Source of the DNA: Candidatus Babeliales bacterium
GTDB taxonomy: Bacteria; Babelota; Babeliae; Babelales; JANWKD01
Direction: 5' to 3'
DNA: 64,000 bases
Assembly: GCA_963701665.1 (NCBI GenBank)
Contig: OY969622.1
Location: 320,001 to 384,000, forward strand
The notes below the pieces were generated by a model. It worked only from the letters and a program-made list of their open reading frames with translations, had not been told where the DNA came from and did no database searches. Made by a program: the position numbers and the translations under genes. Positions 18,752-27,675 of this stretch are shown in pieces (the first letter of the stretch is position 1; every line of letters starts with the position of its first letter).

Positions 18752-20248
18752 TCAACTCGGATATACTTTCAAATTTGTTGCAGATAGATAGGGATTAATT
18801 TCTGGATTTTGTAATTCAGCAATAGTCGAGCAACAAGCTGCAGCAGGATCGCCTGAAGCAGTAAGTGCGCCAACCCAATATTCGTTGCCGGGATATGAAT
18901 TGCCATCCCATGCATAACAAGCAACTAATAATTTACCAGCATCATGCCCTTTTAATGGGTCTGCGGGATTTCTTTGAGAAAAGTGTATCGTAATTGCATT
19001 AGTATGTGTCTTGAAGATACCACCATTTTTAACCTCACCGAATGAATGTATATAGTCAGGAAACCAGATGAAATTGAGATCCGAAATATATGATAAATCA
19101 TGGTGCTTTATAATATCTGCATAGGTGTCGATCATCAATTGCCATTGTTCATTAATTATTCTCCATACACCAAGGCCAAGACCGACGACTTGCACATAGG
19201 CCCGCTTACCTTGTTGTTGAGCGCGTTTATGTGCATCCAATAAAAAAGGCTCGAGTACTAATTTTAGACGTTCTTTATATACAAAACTGTCGAAATATTT
19301 TTTGCCTCCTTCAAAAGGAATGTATCTTCCTGAAGTATCCTGTTGTGCTTGTTCATACGTAGGAAAACTAAAACCATAGAGCGTAGACCATAAAGCAAGA
19401 GCTTTGTTCGATGTATTGCCCATACCGTAACCATGATTTTGAATATTTTGCTCAGGCGTAATAATTATGTGTTGCCATTCCATTAAGCCCTGTCTTTCAA
19501 ATCGTGCACCAACTAAACCGGCATAAATGCCTTTGGGTTCATAAGTTCCTGGTAATCCCGGCTGAGCTTTATTGTTTCGATCGCCATTATTAATGAAATA
19601 GGTTGGTACTGATACACCAAGAAGTGCCGCAATTTGCATTTCGTCATATGAAAGATAATCAGAAAGAATTAATGGTGGCTGTTCATGATTCGTTCCTATT
19701 GCTTCAAAGCCGCCCGCTCCTTGTGTATACCCATCTCTTAAAAGATAAGTATCAGCCGCCGTCATAAACATTAATGGACGCTTTGTAAGAAGGCGTTCAA
19801 CAAATGCTATATGATCCATCGTTGCATATAAACCTTTTTCTTTCTGAGTACCATGCTGTCGTTTGAAATTCAAAAAATTATGAATGAGCGTTACAGTTTT
19901 TTGATGTAGTAAAGGATAGGTGGAGCGCGCTTGTTCAACTATTTCAGTTTGTTTATGTATATCATGTGCTGCAATTGCGTTAATTCTATTTGCATGGGTG
20001 GGAAAAAGTGATTTTTTGCCTTTTTTAACTGCTTTTTTATCAAAATATTCAGAATTTTTTACGAATGCGAGAAATTCATGATTAACAGTAGATTTAGGAG
20101 GAACTTTTGCTGATGGTTTTTTTAAAACCAGTAAACTGTTATGCAGGGAATCGAGAGTTGAGTGCAAGCTTGTTAATTCTTCTGCTAGATGTGCTAGCAT
20201 CATTCTGCATATAACAAGACAGGCTATCATTAATAAAATTTTTTTCAT
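18752..20248 (-). CDS. DUF4804-family (MavL/Larg1-like macrodomain) protein with signal peptide
   Basis: YLSYDEM, GLGLGVW and YAWDGNSYPGNEYW.G.L.ASGDPAAACCS motifs. Confidence 0.8.
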   Translation of the reverse strand: MKKILLMIACLVICRMMLAHLAEELTSLHSTLDSLHNSLLVLKKPSAKVPPKSTVNHEFLAFVKNSEYFDKKAVKKGKKSLFPTHANRINAIAAHDIHKQTEIVEQARSTYPLLHQKTVTLIHNFLNFKRQHGTQKEKGLYATMDHIAFVERLLTKRPLMFMTAADTYLLRDGYTQGAGGFEAIGTNHEQPPLILSDYLSYDEMQIAALLGVSVPTYFINNGDRNNKAQPGLPGTYEPKGIYAGLVGARFERQGLMEWQHIIITPEQNIQNHGYGMGNTSNKALALWSTLYGFSFPTYEQAQQDTSGRYIPFEGGKKYFDSFVYKERLKLVLEPFLLDAHKRAQQQGKRAYVQVVGLGLGVWRIINEQWQLMIDTYADIIKHHDLSYISDLNFIWFPDYIHSFGEVKNGGIFKTHTNAITIHFSQRNPADPLKGHDAGKLLVACYAWDGNSYPGNEYWVGALTASGDPAAACCSTIAELQNPEINPYLSATNLKVYPS

Positions 20249-20452
20249 GGTATCCTCCGCAACTATTTTAGCATTAAAATTAAAAAAGTTTAAGTTAGGC
20301 TATTGATTAATCTATTGTTTTTATACAAATAGAAAAAAATAAAAGAGGGTACGGGTCGTTCTTTTTACATATTTTTGTATCATTGATCATTGGATTTTTC
20401 TATTTTATCATAACTATGCCAATAAAAAGCAATTATTAAAAAAGGATTTCTC

Positions 20453-20851
20453 ATGAGTAAAGAATTACATCATGTTTTTAAAGCAATCAAAGAACATAAA
20501 TTAGATCAGGTTAAGGTAGCTATAAAAAATGATCAATCATTAGCAAACACCAAAGATGATAAAGGGCATACAGCTCTTAGTATCGCAGCAGAATGTGGCA
20601 CAACGGGCATTATTGACTATCTGCTCAAGCATGGTGCACATATCAACCACCAAGTTCCTCCACACTCATATACGCCGCTTATAATTGCAATACGCGCAGG
20701 AAAAGCCGATATCGTAAAATATCTCCTTGATAGTGGCGCTGACTTTCGGTGTAATGATGATCAAGGCAAGGATGCTTTATGGCATGCTCAACAACAAAAG
20801 CAGCAGGATATTATTGCTCTTCTACAAAATGCTGCAGGAACAAAATTTTAA
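20453..20851 (+). CDS. Ankyrin repeat protein
   Basis: GHTALSIAA, YTPLIIA and GKDALWHA repeats. Confidence 0.9.
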   Translation: MSKELHHVFKAIKEHKLDQVKVAIKNDQSLANTKDDKGHTALSIAAECGTTGIIDYLLKHGAHINHQVPPHSYTPLIIAIRAGKADIVKYLLDSGADFRCNDDQGKDALWHAQQQKQQDIIALLQNAAGTKF

Positions 20852-20880
20852 CATCGGCTTTACATCAAGATGAGAAACGC

Positions 20881-21765
20881 ATGAAGCAAAGGATTTTTTG
20901 GCTATTGTTTTTTAGCATACTTTTTTATCGGCACCTTTCAGCCGTATCAATTGTCTACAACTTTAGAATAGCACAAATCACCAAGCAGCCGCTTGCAGAA
21001 AACGAGCGTGATCAGAGGCTTGCTATTATTCTTCCTTTCGATCAGTTTCAAAAAAAGCATTATGGTGTTTTTCAAAATTTTGCGGGAGCGCTTGGTGCAT
21101 GTATTTACGGCGTAGAATCTTTTTATGCACGCGCTGATTTTGCGTTCTCATATATAAAAGAAACATTTGATCACATGACGACGTTCACCGGTATACAAAC
21201 TGATGATCTTCTGTTTACGGCGGGTTATAACTTTAAACAAGAACACGGACGTATTACATTGTCAGGATTATTTGGCGTGCCAACGCATCGGATTGTTGAG
21301 CTCAAACATGTTGCATTTGGCTACAGTCAAGTTGGTTTGGGTCTTCAAGTTGATGGTGCGGTTAATTTTGAGGATGAACGAGCGTTTCTTTATGGCGCGC
21401 GTTATATTTATTTTGTCCCTCGCCATGCTAACGATGATGTTGGCGTAAAGCATAAATTTACGGTAGGGCAAACGGTAGATTTACTTGCCGCGTATAAAAA
21501 AAATTGGCCGGTGCATGGGATTGAATTTGGGTATACTGCGCGCTTTTTCTTTGCTGCTTCAGTGCAGCCTCCTTTTGATGATGAAGTAAAAAGATTAAAT
21601 TATATTCGTAGCAACTTTTACACCGTATATAAATACAGGTTCTATATTCATGAACATCCTCAACGGTTACTCTTTAACGTTTCCTATGGATTTGATCACA
21701 CACCAAAACATTTTGGTAACAAATATATTGTGACTATCTGGGGTTCGTGGAATATAAGTTTTTAA
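20881..21765 (+). CDS. Putative outer-membrane beta-barrel protein
   Basis: Signal peptide, aromatic/Gly-rich alternating strands and C-terminal Phe (WGSWNISF). Confidence 0.6.
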   Translation: MKQRIFWLLFFSILFYRHLSAVSIVYNFRIAQITKQPLAENERDQRLAIILPFDQFQKKHYGVFQNFAGALGACIYGVESFYARADFAFSYIKETFDHMTTFTGIQTDDLLFTAGYNFKQEHGRITLSGLFGVPTHRIVELKHVAFGYSQVGLGLQVDGAVNFEDERAFLYGARYIYFVPRHANDDVGVKHKFTVGQTVDLLAAYKKNWPVHGIEFGYTARFFFAASVQPPFDDEVKRLNYIRSNFYTVYKYRFYIHEHPQRLLFNVSYGFDHTPKHFGNKYIVTIWGSWNISF

Positions 21766-21788
21766 TGGCAACAGCGAAAGGGAATGCG

Positions 21789-22208
21789 ATGTTTCAAAAA
21801 TTTCTTATCAGTTTGTGCTGTGTACTAGCACCTATGATGGTATACCAAGATCTTCGTGCTACGAGCGGGAAGAAAAAAGATACTTCGCTGCAGCAAATGA
21901 GTGAAAGTAGTAAAGTAACGAGCAAAAAGAAATATCGAAATAAGAAAAAAAAGAAATCAATCATACTAGAGGAAGATGCTACAGCGCCAGAGCAGGATGA
22001 TGATGCTTGTGAAGAGATGTGTATCATGGTGCCAGCATTAGGTTTTGGTACGTTAGCGGTGCACGCATCATTTGCTACTGAATTCGATTCGGAAGATGCC
22101 GATCATTTGGGGGCTGGAATGGGAGGAGCCTTTGTAGGTGCTGCCATTGGAAAAGGGGCACATACGTGCTATAGATGGTGCTTCCCTAAAAAAGAAAAGC
22201 AAGATTAA
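21789..22208 (+). CDS. Hypothetical protein with Lys-rich tract and Gly-zipper-like C-terminus
   Basis: Signal peptide, KKKYRNKKKKK, GAGMGGAFVGAAIG. Confidence 0.6.
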   Translation: MFQKFLISLCCVLAPMMVYQDLRATSGKKKDTSLQQMSESSKVTSKKKYRNKKKKKSIILEEDATAPEQDDDACEEMCIMVPALGFGTLAVHASFATEFDSEDADHLGAGMGGAFVGAAIGKGAHTCYRWCFPKKEKQD

Positions 22209-22310
22209 GATTATTGCACAAGTGAGTTTTTGCAATTTTTGTATTTCTAATTTTTACATTTGATGCTACTATTGTAAAAAAAATTCACCGCATACTTAAA
22301 GGATCACATC

Positions 22311-22943
22311 ATGGTAAAAAAAATTGTTCTCATGCTTTCTTTAGCAGTAATAGGAACAGCCAAGCCCTTTTCTCTCGATAACATGTTGAAGGGTTTGTTC
22401 CCGGCTGCACTATTTAAGCAATTGCGTGAAGACCAAAAAGAAGCCTTCTTAAACCTTGAAAATAATGTTGATGATGTTGATGTTAACATTACTACGCATT
22501 ATAATTGGCGCCATGATGAATATCACACAAGTTATAACTATCAATTTGCAACACCTGAAGCGAGAGCAACATTCTGGAATTATCAAACTGCCGAACAAGC
22601 ACTCAACAGCCAGCTCATGATTACGACATTAGGTGACGGCTTTATTCTTGGCGCACTCGTTGCATGTTTAAATAAAGCATTGAAAGGCGATCGTTTTAAT
22701 AAAAAAGCGATCGTTGCAACTATCGCTGCTGCACTCGGTATAGTGCTCTATCAAAATAAGAAACTTGGCAAAACCCCTTACTTTGATGCCGGATTGAATA
22801 AATGGGATAATCAATTTGAGAATGTAAGTTTTTATACGGTCGGCAGAGTTTTGAGTGCACTTGCTGCAGCAAGCGCGAGCTATCTTGGTACTGATTACGC
22901 ACTTTCACGCGCTGCGCAGATAGTTCAGGATGTGCGTTCCTAA
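22311..22943 (+). CDS. Hypothetical membrane protein
   Basis: Signal peptide plus hydrophobic segments; AAGGA RBS. Confidence 0.7.
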   Translation: MVKKIVLMLSLAVIGTAKPFSLDNMLKGLFPAALFKQLREDQKEAFLNLENNVDDVDVNITTHYNWRHDEYHTSYNYQFATPEARATFWNYQTAEQALNSQLMITTLGDGFILGALVACLNKALKGDRFNKKAIVATIAAALGIVLYQNKKLGKTPYFDAGLNKWDNQFENVSFYTVGRVLSALAAASASYLGTDYALSRAAQIVQDVRS

Positions 22944-22959
22944 AAAATAAAAAAAATTC

Positions 22960-23009
22960 GCAATAAAAAAAACTGGCACTTTTCAAAAGAGTGCCAGTTT
23001 TTTTATTGC
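22960..23009. terminator. Bidirectional terminator
   Basis: GCAATAAAAAAAACTGGCACT-tttcaaaag-AGTGCCAGTTTTTTTATTGC between convergent genes. Confidence 0.8.
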
Positions 23010-23040
23010 AGCTCAATGATAGATAATTTTTAGAAGAATT

Positions 23041-23397
23041 TTATGGCAGCGTGACCCATATAAGCAATCCACACAGCACGAGAAGTGGCAATACAACAAG
23101 TATAAATCCCAATCGCGAGCTTTTATAGCTTTTTGCGAGTCGTAACTTATTGCGCATATTTTTATAATCAATCGATGATAAAACAATCAACAAGCAGCCC
23201 CAAAGAATCAGCGTTTCTCCAATAATATGTGCTATTATTCTATGAGTATCGCTTTTAAAACTGATTAATCTGAGAATGGCCATTCCTCCTGCCATTGCAG
23301 TGAGTGCTGTTCTTAGCCAAGCAGAAAAAGTACGCTCTAAGGCAAGTAATGTGCGTTCTTCTGCTAATACTAGATTGTTCATTTCTTCATTTTCCAT
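23041..23397 (-). CDS. DUF202/YidH family membrane protein
   Basis: LA.ERT.LA.ERTF.AW.RT motif. Confidence 0.85.
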   Translation of the reverse strand: MENEEMNNLVLAEERTLLALERTFSAWLRTALTAMAGGMAILRLISFKSDTHRIIAHIIGETLILWGCLLIVLSSIDYKNMRNKLRLAKSYKSSRLGFILVVLPLLVLCGLLIWVTLP

Positions 23398-23409
23398 TTT
23401 TCGCTCACT

Positions 23410-24375
23410 TCATTTCTTATTAAATACATCAGACATTATTTTATTTGCTGCTGTAATGATTGCTCGTATGGCAGGAGCTTGTGTAATAGCATTTATTAAA
23501 AGACAATCATGAATCACGCCAAGCGTACGGAATGCTGCAACAGGAACGCCTGCTTGCATAAGTTTGCGCGCGTACGCTTCACCTTCATCACGTAACACGT
23601 CATTTTCATTAACAAAAATTAACGCGGGTGGTAACTTTTTAAGTTGGTCAAATGAAGCTTGCAATGGCGAGGCTAAATGTTTTTTTCTATCTGCTTTGTT
23701 CGGAACGTACGCATCCCAAAACCATTCCATGGCAGGTTTTGTAAGCCAAGGCCCATCGGCAAATTGTTTATAGGAAGGTGTATTAAAATTTGCATCGGTT
23801 GTCGGATAAAAAAGAACTTGCATTTTGAATTGTGGTCCGCCGCGTTCTTGTGCCATCATTGCTATTGCCGTTGCCATAAGGCCACCAACACTGTCGCCAG
23901 CAATTATCATACGCGAACTATCAATATTAAGTTCCTTACTCTGTTCTTTAGCCCATTGAGCAGCAGCATATCCTTGCTCGTGCGCTACCGGATATTGGCC
24001 TTCTGGCGCAGGCGTATAATCTACGAATACCACCACAGCTTGGGTGCCATGGGCAATTTCACGGACTAATCGATCATGCGTGTTTTTATTACCCAGTACC
24101 CAACCGCCGCCGTGTATATAAATAATGACGGGCAAAGCTTGTGTTGCGCCTTTCGGACGTACGATACGTAGGTTAATAGGTCCATGTGGTCCCGTGATTG
24201 TACGATCTTCACTTTCGGTGTTCTTTGTGTCAACAGGTCCTTTTTGCAAATCATCAAGAAGTTTACGTGCATCTGCATACGAAAGTTTGTATAAAGGTTT
24301 GCCACCTTGTTTGGCAAGTGCATCTAAAAATTTTTGGATAATTGGATCTAAAATTAAGGTACTCATAGTATTCAC
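23410..24375 (-). CDS. Alpha/beta hydrolase (HSL-family esterase)
   Basis: HGGGW, GDSVGG, D.LRDEG and H motifs. Confidence 0.92.
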   Translation of the reverse strand: MNTMSTLILDPIIQKFLDALAKQGGKPLYKLSYADARKLLDDLQKGPVDTKNTESEDRTITGPHGPINLRIVRPKGATQALPVIIYIHGGGWVLGNKNTHDRLVREIAHGTQAVVVFVDYTPAPEGQYPVAHEQGYAAAQWAKEQSKELNIDSSRMIIAGDSVGGLMATAIAMMAQERGGPQFKMQVLFYPTTDANFNTPSYKQFADGPWLTKPAMEWFWDAYVPNKADRKKHLASPLQASFDQLKKLPPALIFVNENDVLRDEGEAYARKLMQAGVPVAAFRTLGVIHDCLLINAITQAPAIRAIITAANKIMSDVFNKK

Positions 24376-24503
24376 AAAACCTTCACAATAAGTTATCGAA
24401 TATTTTACTTATTTGGCACTATAGAAAAAAGATATATTGAAATGCAAGAACGTAATTTTCCAGATTATGAACAGGGTATGATAAAAAAAGAAGTAGATGC
24501 TTT

Positions 24504-25049
24504 ATGAAAAAAGTTTTACGAGTATTTACCGTTGGACACTCAACCAGATCGATAGAAGATTTTTTAGAGCTACTCAAACATTACACTATTAATGAACTTG
24601 TTGATATTCGCACAATCCCAAAATCACGGCATAATCCACAATTTAGTGGTGAAGAATTAGCACATGTTTTGAGAAATCATCATATTGGTTATCGTCATCA
24701 AAAAAATTTGGGCGGCTTGCGGCATGCTCATGCTGATTCGATTAACACGGCTTGGCATAATGCTTCATTTCGCGGATTTGCAGATTATATGCAAACGGAA
24801 GAATTTAAGGATGGCATAAAAGAGCTTATTGAAATTGCACATAAAAAAACGGTAGTAATTATGTGCGCCGAGGCTGTTCCTTGGCGATGCCATCGATCTT
24901 TGATTGGCGATGCTTTGTTAGTGCAAGGAGTGGATGTTGAAGATATTTATAGCATAACATCAAGTAAGCCTCATACATTGACCCCTTGGGCTAAAGTGCA
25001 GGGCACAACAGTCACATACCCCGCAACGGAGGATATATCTAATGGCTAA
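24504..25049 (+). CDS. DUF488 family protein
   Basis: TVGHST, LVDIRT.P.SR and MCAEAVPWRCHR motifs. Confidence 0.92.
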   Translation: MKKVLRVFTVGHSTRSIEDFLELLKHYTINELVDIRTIPKSRHNPQFSGEELAHVLRNHHIGYRHQKNLGGLRHAHADSINTAWHNASFRGFADYMQTEEFKDGIKELIEIAHKKTVVIMCAEAVPWRCHRSLIGDALLVQGVDVEDIYSITSSKPHTLTPWAKVQGTTVTYPATEDISNG

Positions 25050-25090
25050 AAATTTTAAAGTTGGCGATCTTGTAGAATGGAATTCCCCAA
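25042..25090 (+). pseudogene. Truncated DUF2945/HVA1-like gene remnant
   Basis: MAKNFKVGDLVEWNS with a GGAGG RBS, overlapping the DUF488 stop; similarity ends abruptly. Confidence 0.55.
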
Positions 25091-25116
25091 GCGAGGAGAG
25101 TACAATGTTACAAAAA

Positions 25117-25785
25117 TTATTTTTGTGATGTTGAAGTTAGATTTTGCCTAAAATTTACGAGTACTTTTTTTCTTGCGGTGTACCAGGTATTTGATGGTTT
25201 TAAGTGCCTTATATCTTCGACACAGCCCTTGGAATAAGGGCATCCTTCTTCTTGCATATGTTCTTGATAGGATGGACTTTTTAGATAAAAACCAATGCTA
25301 GGCACGGGCATGGTAGGTTTCTCTAGTATTTCTTCAGCCCAAGGTAGTTGTTCTAGGCGTATTTTATTAAATTCTTCTGATTGTGCTACTACGCACTTTA
25401 TTGCATGGAAAAAAGGTTTAAATTCTAAGTAATGTATTATTCTATGGATTATTATTTTTGGATCATCATAACATACAGCATCCTGAAATGTTCTAATGTA
25501 ATGTCGTGCAAACCATTCAACAGCAGTTTTAAAGTACTCATTCTTTTCAGTAGAATCGGGTTGCGGAATGAGATCTCCGTTAGTATCTAAATAGCCGCCC
25601 TGTTTTAGATGTGCCACTATAACATGCTCTATATCTTCTATATGCCCATTGTTTGCAAGTACCAAATATGCAGGCAAAATTTCGTGGCTTTCATTTTTTG
25701 TATAATACTCTTCCATTGATAGTGCAGGAAGAAAACTAAAGAATAAAATGAGTGATAGAATTTGAGAACGTGCATGTTGTATCAT
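25117..25785 (-). CDS. Secreted hypothetical protein
   Basis: Signal peptide followed by MEE; AAGGA RBS. Confidence 0.7.
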   Translation of the reverse strand: MIQHARSQILSLILFFSFLPALSMEEYYTKNESHEILPAYLVLANNGHIEDIEHVIVAHLKQGGYLDTNGDLIPQPDSTEKNEYFKTAVEWFARHYIRTFQDAVCYDDPKIIIHRIIHYLEFKPFFHAIKCVVAQSEEFNKIRLEQLPWAEEILEKPTMPVPSIGFYLKSPSYQEHMQEEGCPYSKGCVEDIRHLKPSNTWYTARKKVLVNFRQNLTSTSQK

Positions 25786-26083
25786 ACTATTCCTTATTTA
25801 AAAATATATTTTGAACAAGAATGTACGGCTTTTACCGGAGCAAGTCAACTTTAGCGACTCGCCAAAATAGTTAGGATGACGAGAATAATGCTAAATGCAT
25901 CATGCCTTTAAAATTACTTGATTCGTTACCATACTTATAGTACGGTAACGAAAAAATAACAAAAACGTAACAAGCCTAAAGGAGTCGCATGTAAAAAAGA
26001 AAGCGAGTGCTCGGAGAATTTGACGTATCGACCATGTTTGGTTGGCGTTGAGCGTAATGATTAAAAAAATAAAAGGAAGTTTT

Positions 26084-27427
26084 ATGTTTATGAAGAAATC
26101 TTTTAGCAAGGCCCCAGCATTGACAACGTTATCGTTGCTATCTGTGTTGGCAATGCCATTTTATGTATATGCAAATGGCTATGAAGTTCAAGCAGAATTC
26201 ACCGGAACACCAACTTTAACCAGTCCTCCGCCTAATGCTGATGAGTTCGGCGTGACTGTTGCTATACCAAATGACGAGCTGGTTGTTGTAGGAGCACCCG
26301 GAGCTACGCCAGATGGACTACCGCAAGCTGGAGCTGTTTATTTTTTTGACAGGGACGGAAACACATGGTCACCTTCTCAGACGCCGTATACAAATCCTAA
26401 TGCAGGTAATCTTGTAGCCGATGTTGTTATTGCCGCGCGGGACCAATGGTTATTTGTACCTGCCAATGGAACGCCCTTAAATCAACCAAATCCTCAGCTG
26501 AAAGATTATTCGGGTGCGATTTTAGTCTTCCAACTTAACGAAGAAAACAATGAATATCAACTCGTTCAAACAATATTCAATCCTGATGGAACGATTGATG
26601 ACAGCTTCTTTGGTTTTAACTTAAGCTATAACGGCGGAGACTGGATGGTCGCAGGAGGCGTCAATGTCTCTAAAGCCTATTTTTTCAAGCTGAACAGTTG
26701 GACAAACCAATGGGAATTTAAACAATCAGTGTCAGTAATAGGTAATACTATGACAACGGGATACGTATTCCCATGCATCTTTGGTACACATGCCTTAATC
26801 TCACAAGTAATTCCTTCAATTCCGAACGCCCAATCTAATGGCGCTGTATTTGCTTATGAACTCGATGGCACTCAATGGAATTATACCCAAACGCTCGCTG
26901 GAATAGATACTGAATTTTCAATAACATATACCTGTTATGACGCTTATGGTGAGTTCATCGCTATCAGTGGTTACAATGCTATGGTGAGTGCGCCTCAAGA
27001 TACAGATACTGCTCCGGGGAGTCACCAGGTAGCTGGAGCTGTATACTTTTATAGTTTACATAATGGACAGTGGCAGCTCAATGCCAAAGTGTTATCGGAT
27101 CAGCCTAGCACTCTGTTTGGATTTGGTTTAGCTATCGATGGCGACACTGCTGTCATTGGAGATTGCGGTCGAAAGGTGAATCACAATATCTATCAAGGAG
27201 CACTTAAAGTGTACCAAAAACAAGGGAATACATGGATACCATCATCATTGCTTATTGATCCGAATGGAAGAGCTTATGATTTCTTTGGCGGTGGCGGCGT
27301 TGACATTAACGCTGGCTACATAATGGGTGGAGACGATACATTTTCTACTACCTATTTCCCAGCGACTTTCCCCGGCAAAAATAATAACCCATTCAATAAT
27401 GGAAGAGCTGTATTATACAGTAACTAA
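26084..27427 (+). CDS. FG-GAP (integrin-alpha-like) beta-propeller protein
   Basis: Repeated FG..VA...VVGAP...AGAVY...W blades; signal peptide. Confidence 0.82.
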   Translation: MFMKKSFSKAPALTTLSLLSVLAMPFYVYANGYEVQAEFTGTPTLTSPPPNADEFGVTVAIPNDELVVVGAPGATPDGLPQAGAVYFFDRDGNTWSPSQTPYTNPNAGNLVADVVIAARDQWLFVPANGTPLNQPNPQLKDYSGAILVFQLNEENNEYQLVQTIFNPDGTIDDSFFGFNLSYNGGDWMVAGGVNVSKAYFFKLNSWTNQWEFKQSVSVIGNTMTTGYVFPCIFGTHALISQVIPSIPNAQSNGAVFAYELDGTQWNYTQTLAGIDTEFSITYTCYDAYGEFIAISGYNAMVSAPQDTDTAPGSHQVAGAVYFYSLHNGQWQLNAKVLSDQPSTLFGFGLAIDGDTAVIGDCGRKVNHNIYQGALKVYQKQGNTWIPSSLLIDPNGRAYDFFGGGGVDINAGYIMGGDDTFSTTYFPATFPGKNNNPFNNGRAVLYSN

Positions 27428-27535
27428 AAACATCATTGGATGTAATGTATAATTAACTTCAGAGAGGTCTTTTGTAGTGAAATAATTCCTATAGAGGCCT
27501 CTCTGACACTTTTAAGTTAAAATCAGGCCCGATCG

Positions 27536-27591
27536 GATATTGATTTCAGGTTACAACACATCTAGACGGTGTTTCGATCGTTTAATATCAC
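27536..27591 (+). repeat. Decayed copy 1 of the recombinase C-terminal tail sequence
   Basis: Translates DIDFRLQHI*TVFRSFNIT; matches 30833-30890. Confidence 0.75.
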
Positions 27592-27675
27592 TGGGTATAC
27601 CCGGTTGACAGACCCTATCTTTTCCTATATTATTAATTCTAATAGAATATTTACTTAATTAAGGGGCGCTTTGGG

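Noticed and set aside
25930..26060. Possible c-di-GMP riboswitch upstream of the FG-GAP gene
   Set aside because: Only a GCCTAAA fragment resembles it; the GGCAAA/GAAA/GACGCAAA core is missing.
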